From positions 5,904 through 29,903 of the forward strand of contig JBHLKN010000016.1 in the NCBI GenBank assembly GCA_048886645.1: 24,000 nt of DNA, given 5' to 3'. Positions 13,418 to 20,564 of the stretch are shown here, one piece after another. Source of the stretch: Candidatus Hodarchaeota archaeon. GTDB taxonomy: Archaea > Asgardarchaeota > Wukongarchaeia > Wukongarchaeales > Wukongarchaeaceae. Every line of letters begins with the position of its first letter. Position 1 is the stretch's first letter. The position numbers and the translations under genes were made by a program. Under the pieces are notes generated by a model, which had not been told where the DNA came from, did not search any database, and was given only the letters and a program-made list of their open reading frames with translations.

Positions 13418-16141
13418 TTATGTTCTTCCTTCAATTACTCTTTTTAATTCAGAAACAACAGAAAGATTCGGAGGACTTATCGTAAATACAATTTCAAGAC
13501 CATCCTCTAAAAGAGCAAAAATAATCCCAAGTTTCATCCCTCCTCTGTCAAAAATAACCGTAGGAAACTTCTCATCTTCCTGGATCTTTACTATTTTCCA
13601 CTCAACGTCCCTAATGCGTGAAATAACAATAGAGGCACTATTTGACCCTGTTAAACCTAATTTTATCGAGGAAACCTCGTAAGGTAGAATCCTACCGTCC
13701 TTGCTTTTTGCCACGGCGTCGGTAAAATGGGGATACAAAAGTTTACGTTTTAAAAAATCTTTAAGGAGACTTTTCGGCACATCACTCGGAGATATAATTG
13801 AAATCCCTCTCATAACATCAGTCTCATCCTCCACCATAACCTTTACTTCACTAGGAGGAGTAGGAGCTTCAACATCAATATCGACCATACCCTCTTCCTC
13901 TAGAACTTCGGAAACAAGTTCCAGAACCTCTTCAATGGGGGATGGTTCGGGTTTTTCCTCCATCTTCGGCCTGGCTTCTCTCCCAGCATGCATAGAAGAC
14001 CTAGCCCTTATCGCTACAACAATCGCCCTATCCGACTCTTTATCAGAAACTATGGCGACTCCTACCGGGAGTCTTCTTACAAAATCCGCGCTTTTTAACT
14101 CATCAGGTATAGGGGAAGGCGCACGTTTTATATACGCTTTCACATCATCTTCATAGGTTAAAGTGTGCACAATCATTAAATCCGCTTGGGATAATACCCT
14201 TGGATCTGTTGCACTTGGTTGTTGAGTACAAACTAACAAGGCGCAACCTGGTTTCCGTCCTTGTTTCGCATATTCAACTATGGGTATGCTTGCTGCTGTT
14301 TCCTTTCTTGAAGGTACAAGAAGGTGTGCTTCATCTATCGCAAGCCAAGTAAAAGGTATTTCCTCCCTTCTCATCTCTTGGACTTCTTTCCCCACCTCTA
14401 CTAACATTTCTTCTGTTTCCTCATACCTTGCAGCTTTTGTCCTCTCTCTAAGGATTTTACGCGCTAGTATACCCACAAAAAGTGCACGCAAACCCTCCCC
14501 TAACCTCGGATGGCTGACATCAATAACCGTTACCTGATTTGGAACGCTCAACTCTGTTAAAGGCGTGCCCACTTCAGCAAAAACCCCCCACTTTTTCGCA
14601 GAATTAAGCCTTGCAACCGCCGCTCTCTGCGTAGTTCTTGAAAATCCTACAGTCTTTGACGATATATCAACATCCCTTTCAATACACCTTGTTAAGTCAT
14701 CAATAGTGAAGTTTTCCTTCCCTTCAACCGCTACTTGTTCGCCTTCTTCAAATTCAGCTATATAGCCTTTCTTCGCTTTATCTATAGCTTGAGCTATAAG
14801 CAGTCCTTGGGGTCCAAACCTATCAATCCCAAAAGAGTGGCACCAATCATCAACTGAAAGCTCAGAAGCAGATATTGAAAACCTAGCGTCCCAACTTTCA
14901 GGGGGAAAATCAGAAGCAAGCTCTATCGGCACATACACCTTAGTATTCGGGTAACCCTTGGGTCTCATACCCCACTTTTCAAGGATCTCGATCTCTTTCT
15001 TCTCAACATTGCAATGTTTCATAGAATAAAAAACGCCTAGAGGATCAATTACTATGATTCCTATACCCAGATTCGATCGCGCTAACTCTTCAGCCAAAAC
15101 CCCCATCGTATAACTCTTACCACTACCCCTATGACCGCAAATAAAAACAACGTACGGAAAACCAGCGTTAATAACAACAGACTTTCCATAAATCTCTTCC
15201 ATCTCCCCGACATCGCTTGTTTTCATACCCTTTTCTGCAACCCTCCCTATGAAAAGGGCTCCTTTACATCCTACACCTTTCTTTACTTTAAACTTTTTAC
15301 CTAAAACCACTGCATCTTTTAACGGCGTATACCTCGGCTTTGAAGGAGCTTTTACGAGATACTTCCTTTCCTCAAGCAGTTTCGACCAATAACTATCCAA
15401 TCCTTCGCTAACCAGAAGCTCCCCTTCTACCGCTCCAAAACCCCACCTTAACCACTCAACTTCCTCCTTCCCTTCCATTCTTTTCGCTATCTCGTTCCTT
15501 GAAACAATCTCTGCGGGATAAAATTTCGGATCACAACCACTAACGTCCCATAAAATAATGTCTAACTTCACGTTTAAATCTTTAAAAGCTCCCTCATTAT
15601 CGCCCTTATTAAGCGAAGCGAGCGAACTATAAGCTTTTTCTAAAAGATCTTTCTCCTGGGTTACAATATAGAGGGCGCATAGACCCCTAACCTTATTTTC
15701 CCCTTCTAATCCTTCAGTGATTTTCTGGGCTATAGCCAAATCTTCTTCTTTTTCTGTTAAAAGATAGGAAAAAGATAAACCCATAACTGCTGGCCAATCC
15801 TTTCCTTCTTTACGGAAAAACTCTGAAGCGTTTTCAAAAATTTCTTTTTGAACCTCCACAACTTCCCTTGCATAAAATAAAGCTCTTAAAGAATGGGCGG
15901 AAAAAAGCTCTAAATCATCCCCTTCTTCTGTAAAGAAGCTTCCATCTGCTTCCTGCCGTGTTAAAAGCCCAAATACTACCTCTTGCATTCTTGCTTTAAT
16001 CCATTCCTCTCCAGTAACTTTGTAAGCATGAAATAACGCTTCAAAAAAAGAAGGACGAACCCTCTCTTCCACTCGATCCAATCTCTCTAAACTCTCAGTG
16101 AGGGGTGGAAGTATCTGACATAAAGGCCTTCCTATCTCCAA
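13418..16141 (-). CDS. 907-aa HerA/FtsK-superfamily (COG0433/DUF87-like) P-loop ATPase with novel N- and C-terminal domains
   Basis: Walker A FICGHRGSGKSYTMG (about 15113-15136) and Walker B FTWLAIDEAHLLVP. HerA-type distal motifs are KQGRKPGCALLVCTQQPSATDPRVLSQADLMIVHTL and RARSSMHAG. The N-terminal ~290 aa are helical repeats (one QEADGSFF terpenoid-cyclase/prenyltransferase-like turn). An acidic linker precedes a ~130-aa alpha/beta C-terminal domain. TTG start (uncertain). Confidence 0.85.
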   Translation of the reverse strand: MEIGRPLCQILPPLTESLERLDRVEERVRPSFFEALFHAYKVTGEEWIKARMQEVVFGLLTRQEADGSFFTEEGDDLELFSAHSLRALFYAREVVEVQKEIFENASEFFRKEGKDWPAVMGLSFSYLLTEKEEDLAIAQKITEGLEGENKVRGLCALYIVTQEKDLLEKAYSSLASLNKGDNEGAFKDLNVKLDIILWDVSGCDPKFYPAEIVSRNEIAKRMEGKEEVEWLRWGFGAVEGELLVSEGLDSYWSKLLEERKYLVKAPSKPRYTPLKDAVVLGKKFKVKKGVGCKGALFIGRVAEKGMKTSDVGEMEEIYGKSVVINAGFPYVVFICGHRGSGKSYTMGVLAEELARSNLGIGIIVIDPLGVFYSMKHCNVEKKEIEILEKWGMRPKGYPNTKVYVPIELASDFPPESWDARFSISASELSVDDWCHSFGIDRFGPQGLLIAQAIDKAKKGYIAEFEEGEQVAVEGKENFTIDDLTRCIERDVDISSKTVGFSRTTQRAAVARLNSAKKWGVFAEVGTPLTELSVPNQVTVIDVSHPRLGEGLRALFVGILARKILRERTKAARYEETEEMLVEVGKEVQEMRREEIPFTWLAIDEAHLLVPSRKETAASIPIVEYAKQGRKPGCALLVCTQQPSATDPRVLSQADLMIVHTLTYEDDVKAYIKRAPSPIPDELKSADFVRRLPVGVAIVSDKESDRAIVVAIRARSSMHAGREARPKMEEKPEPSPIEEVLELVSEVLEEEGMVDIDVEAPTPPSEVKVMVEDETDVMRGISIISPSDVPKSLLKDFLKRKLLYPHFTDAVAKSKDGRILPYEVSSIKLGLTGSNSASIVISRIRDVEWKIVKIQEDEKFPTVIFDRGGMKLGIIFALLEDGLEIVFTISPPNLSVVSELKRVIEGRT

Positions 16142-16251
16142 AAGCCTAACACTCCTATAAAACCAAATAAACCCTAAAAGGCGTTAAGTGATGCCTACTA
16201 TTCTATTCAATGTATAAGGAGAAAAGAGGTTAATAGAACTTTATTAAAGTT

Positions 16252-16872
16252 TCAACTCTCCTCTTCGCGTAAACGTTCTAATTCTTCCTTAATCTCTTTC
16301 TCCCTTGCTGATGGGGTAGGAAGACCGTGTTCTGTAGTTACGCTTACAACCGCCCCTGCTTCCCCAAGAATTCTTGTAACTTCTGCATCGTCAATATCCG
16401 CACTTAAAGCTCCTTCAAGTTCCACATCAATAGCTTCTGTTGAAACTTCAATACCAGTAAGACCTTCTTCTAAAGCATCTATATATCTACTTAGTTGGGG
16501 AAGTCTAAGCGAACGGTTAAGTTGCCTAAGAGATATAGCCAAACCCTTCATATCTTTTGCAAGACTCTGAACAGCCTCCGTATGCTCCATCTTAGCAATA
16601 ATTCCCTTAAGCCTAGAATTCAACCTCGCACAACCCAAAGCAAAACGCCTACTCCTTACAACGTCTTGAGCATAGACTTTCGCAGCCTCCATGTCCCCCT
16701 GTTCTACAGACCTCCTAACCTCTTTCATCATCTTATTCTCGTCCTTCTTCAACTTCATGCGTTGCCTTTCAATCCTACGTTCTATCAACCTAAGGCGAAT
16801 AATCCAATCACGAGTACTACGACCACCCATCAACCAATTAACAAACTTACCGAAAACCAATGAAATCACCAA
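16252..16872 (-). CDS. ESCRT-III protein, Vps2/24/46 (CHMP1-3-like) family
   Basis: IERRIERQRMKLKKDENKMMKEVRRSVEQGDMEAAKVYAQDVVRSRRFALGCARLNSRLKGI matches the CHMP2/Vps2 alpha1-alpha2 hairpin pattern. The C-terminal half is acidic and ends in EIKEELERLREEES (MIM1-like). Hydrophobic N-terminus SLVFGKFVNWL. Start is TTG 16872, GTG 16869 or ATG 16830. Confidence 0.85.
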   Translation of the reverse strand: MVISLVFGKFVNWLMGGRSTRDWIIRLRLIERRIERQRMKLKKDENKMMKEVRRSVEQGDMEAAKVYAQDVVRSRRFALGCARLNSRLKGIIAKMEHTEAVQSLAKDMKGLAISLRQLNRSLRLPQLSRYIDALEEGLTGIEVSTEAIDVELEGALSADIDDAEVTRILGEAGAVVSVTTEHGLPTPSAREKEIKEELERLREEES

Positions 16873-16942
16873 CTATTCTTATAATATTAATATTGTTTAA
16901 AATATATTAAGGATTACCGTTCCTAAAAATATCTTTAATCTA

Positions 16943-17641
16943 TCATATTTTTAAAGCTTTTATAATCTCTGAGGGAAAACCTTTTTGCGTAATCTTTTCA
17001 AAGTTAACAATCTTGAAACCTACATACTCCACAAAGGGTTTTACTTGAACTGAACGACAACCACCTATTGTGTGAGGGAAAAACCGGTATAAAAGGGACC
17101 AAAAAGCGTTGAAGATAGGATTTCCACAAGTCATGTTCACTAAAACCATGCGCCCTCCTTTTCTCATAACCCGATTAAACTCTCGTAAAATAGGGAAAAA
17201 ATCCTTTACAGGGATTAAATCAAGCATATAGCTATTAATAACAACATCAAAAGCTTCATCTGTAAAAGGAAGACTACGAGCATCTGCCATCAAAAACTCA
17301 TAACTCTCCCTTGCAGCATCCTTCACTCTTTTCTTAGACATTCTAAGCATTTTACCCGAAATATCAACTCCTACATTCAATCCTTCTTCATTCATTTTCA
17401 AAATTTCAGAAAAATTCTTACCAGTGCCACAAGCCACTTCCAAAACCTTTTCCCTCCCTTTAATTTCAACTAAAGAGAGAGCCCTACTATGAGCCTTTGA
17501 TTCCGCAAACCGGCTCCAAAAATCGTAATGAGGCGCAAGGATATCGTAAGTCCGGGCAACCTCTTTTTTTGAAACTTTTGCTTTAAGCATATAAGACACC
17601 TCTTTTAACACAATATCTATATTCGTAATATGATGATTCAT
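16943..17641 (-). CDS. Class I SAM-dependent methyltransferase (UbiE/Methyltransf_11-like)
   Basis: Motif I VLEVACGTGKN, post-I GVDISGKML and motif II/III FDVVINSYML ... GGRMVLVN. The gene is co-oriented with and immediately upstream of the ESCRT-III / ATPase / ESCRT-III string. Confidence 0.82.
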   Translation of the reverse strand: MNHHITNIDIVLKEVSYMLKAKVSKKEVARTYDILAPHYDFWSRFAESKAHSRALSLVEIKGREKVLEVACGTGKNFSEILKMNEEGLNVGVDISGKMLRMSKKRVKDAARESYEFLMADARSLPFTDEAFDVVINSYMLDLIPVKDFFPILREFNRVMRKGGRMVLVNMTCGNPIFNAFWSLLYRFFPHTIGGCRSVQVKPFVEYVGFKIVNFEKITQKGFPSEIIKALKI

Positions 17642-17713
17642 TTTTTTTACATTTAATTTTTATAAAATATTGAACTAATATGTAAATAATAAGTTAATTC
17701 TTTCTATCAGTTT

Positions 17714-18880
17714 GTGATAGCAATGTCAAAAGGTCGTCAGAAAGAGCTTTCAGCCATGCAGGAGCTTCATCAATATGTCATTTCTTATGCTAAGAAAGCT
17801 ATTGAGCACGAGAAGAAAGGTCAGAAAAAAGCGGCTTTAGACAACTATATTAAAGCTGTGGAAATTCTTAATAAGATGATTAGGTGGGCTCCAACGCCTG
17901 AGCAAAAAGAGGCTTACTATAAAAAAGCTAAGACATATCTTTCTAGGGCTTGGGAGATTAGAAAGGAGCTGAAAGCGCCTAGAGGAGAGATAAGTGCGGA
18001 AAAAGGAGAGTTAAGTGCTGCTATTCAAGATGCTATAATCACGGAAAGGCCTACGATAAAGTGGGATGATGTTGCTGATTTAGAGTCTGCTAAGCAAGCT
18101 TTAAGAGAGGCGATAATCCTCCCGTTATTACGCCCTGATCTATTTAAAGGGGCTCGTAAACCTTGGAAGGGCGTCTTATTATTTGGACCACCGGGTTGCG
18201 GTAAAACCCTCTTAGCTAAGGCGGTTGCTTCCGAATGTGATGCCACTTTTTTTAATGTTAGTGCCGCTACTTTAGTTTCAAAGTGGTTAGGGGAGTCTGA
18301 GAAGCTTGTAAGGGAACTTTTCAAGTTTTCAAGAGAAAAACAGCCTTCAATAGTTTTCTTTGACGAAGTTGATGCTATAGCTACTACGAGGGGAGGGACA
18401 GAACACGATGCCATTAGGCGGGTGAAACTTCAATTAATGCAAGAAATGCAAGGGTTGATGTCTGATAGCGAGCAGATGGTCGTAATTGGGACGACTAATA
18501 TTCCCTGGCATATTGATCCTGCCTTTAGGCGTAGGTTTGAAAGGCGGATTCTAGTTCCCCTTCCTGGAAAGGAGGCAAGGGAACAGATTTTCAAGATTCA
18601 TACCAGGGATGTAGAATTGGATGAAAGCGTAGACTTTAGCCTTCTTTCAGAGATAACTGAAGGGTTTTCTGGGGCAGATATTGAAATAGTTTGCCGAGAA
18701 GCGATTATGAATCCTGTAAGAGAAATGGATAAAAGCGGTCTATTGAAGGATAAAGAAGCAAAAATAAGACCTGTTACAATTGGAGATTTCGAAAAAGCTC
18801 TTCAAAAAATAAAACCCACAGTAGCCCCAGAAGAACTCCTTGCCTACGAAGAATGGCAACAAGAATTTGGAAGCGTTTGA
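17714..18880 (+). CDS. vps4: Vps4-type AAA+ ATPase (N-terminal MIT domain + single AAA cassette)
   Basis: MIT-like three-helix region AKKAIEHEKKGQKKAALDNYIKAVEILNKMI...YYKKAKTYLSRAWEIRKEL. Walker A GPPGCGKT, Walker B IVFFDEVD and SRH/arginine fingers TNIPWHIDPAFRRRFERRI. The likely start is ATG 17723 (the track ORF begins at GTG 17714). Confidence 0.94.
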   Translation: MIAMSKGRQKELSAMQELHQYVISYAKKAIEHEKKGQKKAALDNYIKAVEILNKMIRWAPTPEQKEAYYKKAKTYLSRAWEIRKELKAPRGEISAEKGELSAAIQDAIITERPTIKWDDVADLESAKQALREAIILPLLRPDLFKGARKPWKGVLLFGPPGCGKTLLAKAVASECDATFFNVSAATLVSKWLGESEKLVRELFKFSREKQPSIVFFDEVDAIATTRGGTEHDAIRRVKLQLMQEMQGLMSDSEQMVVIGTTNIPWHIDPAFRRRFERRILVPLPGKEAREQIFKIHTRDVELDESVDFSLLSEITEGFSGADIEIVCREAIMNPVREMDKSGLLKDKEAKIRPVTIGDFEKALQKIKPTVAPEELLAYEEWQQEFGSV

Positions 18881-18883
18881 ATT

Positions 18884-19618
18884 TTGAGAAAGAGAAAAAC
18901 AGGAATATTGAAAAAGTGGCATGAAATAGCTGAAAAATTTGCAAAGGAAACAGATGTCCAATTAGAAGATCGCATTATTTTTTCATGGGATAATTTCAAA
19001 GAAAGGATTCTTTCTTTGAAAAATCGTTTGGGGTTTAGTGGTGAAACTTTAGACTTTTTGGGCTATTCGGTTGATCTAAACACTGGGGGCGTAGTTGACC
19101 GTTTACTTGACTATACCTTGGATAAAAATCCTTTTGTCAGTTATCTGGCTTATTATTCTGAATCTTTTGAGACTGTTTTGGATGAGGATAGGTGGATTAA
19201 GTTCCGGCATTTGCCTGGCGGTGTATCGTTTGAAAATGCTTTTAGGGTTCAGGTTGAGGGATGGATTTTAAACCGTTTTTTAGAAGATGATGAAGACATT
19301 TTGAGAGATGAGAAGATAGCAGAAAAGGCTTTAGTTTTAATCGGGGCTAAGCGTGAGAAGTTTGGCGATTTTTCCTTTTCTATTAACACCTTGCCCCGTG
19401 TAACGCTTGCCGTTGTTTATAATGAAGGTGTTGAAGAGTTTGAGCCAAATGTTTCGGTTTTTTTTAAAGAATCTGCTCAATATTACCAGCCTACCGAGCT
19501 TCTAGCTCACCATGGAGTACTGCCTATGGTTGCTTTTGAACGGGCTAGAAGAGCGGTTTTAGGCTTTGAAGAAAGCGGTTTGCCGCAGTTTATTAGTAAA
19601 TATTTACGGTTTGATTAA
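18884..19618 (+). CDS. Uncharacterised protein, DUF3786-like by motif pattern; starts 4 nt after the vps4 stop
   Basis: 244 aa with a TTG start 4 nt after the vps4 stop codon. WIKFRHLPGGVSFENAF and FGDFSFSINTLPRVTLAVVYNEGVEEFEPNVSVFFKESAQYYQPTELLA recall the DUF3786 pattern (..W.GDEEF....lFD.sa..yl.tEdl), recalled from memory. The basic N-terminal helix is MRKRKTGILKKWHEIAEKFAK. Confidence 0.6.
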   Translation: MRKRKTGILKKWHEIAEKFAKETDVQLEDRIIFSWDNFKERILSLKNRLGFSGETLDFLGYSVDLNTGGVVDRLLDYTLDKNPFVSYLAYYSESFETVLDEDRWIKFRHLPGGVSFENAFRVQVEGWILNRFLEDDEDILRDEKIAEKALVLIGAKREKFGDFSFSINTLPRVTLAVVYNEGVEEFEPNVSVFFKESAQYYQPTELLAHHGVLPMVAFERARRAVLGFEESGLPQFISKYLRFD

Positions 19619-19750
19619 AACGCAAAAAAAGGGATAAGCAGGAAATTGAGAAGGTGGTTTTTTTGTGGATTTATTTAAGTATGAGGGGGAGTATATAATT
19701 AATATATGAGTTCTATTAAACTGGTAAGATTTTTGAAGGTGTAGCGTGGT

Positions 19751-20509
19751 ATGGAAAGAGTGGAGGAAAAGGATGAGAAGGTTAAAAAGAAAGAAGAGGA
19801 TGTTGAGGAGGAAGAAGAAGAAGAGCTTGGAGAACTTGATGAATTGTTAAGTGAACTGGAAGTTGAGCTTGAGAGTTTAGAAAGCGTTGAAGCCCCTTCT
19901 ATTGAGGAGGAAGTTGTTGAGGAAATTGTCGTAGTGGAGCGTCCTCCTGTTGTAGAGGAAAAGGAAAGGGAGGAAAGGCGTGTTTCTGAGGCTATTAAAG
20001 AGATATTGCCTCCTTGGATTGATAAGCCTTGGATGTATATAAAGCCTGAAAAAGCCGATCATTTAGAGAGTTGGTTGAATGATTGGGGGGATTTTTTGGT
20101 TGATTTGTGTCGGGTGATGGTTAAGCATGTAGTTAATTTAATGCATTTGAGGTCTAGGTTTCCGTTTAAAAATCCAATTTGTAAGAAAAATCTTACTCTT
20201 AATCATATGCAGGATGTTGGGGAGTATTTGGTGTCTAGTGAGAGGGCTGCTTGGTGGGATTCGGGGAGGCTAAGGTTGCGGGTTTATTGGATGGCTCTTG
20301 AGGAGTGGGCGGAGGAAATCTTTCAGTGGGCTTTTGAGCGTGGTGAAACAGTGGTCACGTTTTTTGATCTTGTTAACGCAGGGGAACGTTGGAGTTCATT
20401 GCCTCCAAGAGATTTGAAAGCTGTTTGTGAGATTTTAGTAAAAAAAGGACAAGCTCGCTGGCTTGATGATAAGAAGAAGTCGTTAGAGTTTAGGTTTTTC
20501 GATGTATAA
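19751..20509 (+). CDS. vps25: ESCRT-II subunit Vps25 (EAP20) homolog with ~80-aa polyacidic N-terminal extension
   Basis: FKNPICKKNLTLNHMQDVGEYLVSSERAAWWDSGRLRLRVYWMALEEWAEEIFQWAFERGETVVTFFDLVNAGE...LKAVCEILVKKGQARWLDDKKKSLEFRFF aligns with human VPS25. The human sequence is FNNVKLQRKLPVESIQIVLEELRKKGNLEWLDKSKSSFLIMWRRPEEWGKLIYQWVSRSGQNNSVFTLYELTNGE...LRALQALQQEHKAEII..GRGVKFF. LPPWIDKPWMY sits where the eukaryotic PPxF/Y motifs lie. Confidence 0.85.
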   Translation: MERVEEKDEKVKKKEEDVEEEEEEELGELDELLSELEVELESLESVEAPSIEEEVVEEIVVVERPPVVEEKEREERRVSEAIKEILPPWIDKPWMYIKPEKADHLESWLNDWGDFLVDLCRVMVKHVVNLMHLRSRFPFKNPICKKNLTLNHMQDVGEYLVSSERAAWWDSGRLRLRVYWMALEEWAEEIFQWAFERGETVVTFFDLVNAGERWSSLPPRDLKAVCEILVKKGQARWLDDKKKSLEFRFFDV

Positions 20510-20564
20510 CATCAGGTTTTTTTAACACGTAACATTTTTTATTTCTTAATGTCATTTTCTTTTC

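Noticed and set aside
18884-19618. Calling the post-vps4 ORF a Vps22/Vps36 (EAP30) ESCRT-II subunit
   Set aside because: The size and the basic N-terminal helix are suggestive. The remainder, however, lacks the tandem winged-helix pattern and instead matches a DUF3786-like beta-rich pattern, so it is not assignable without profile searches.
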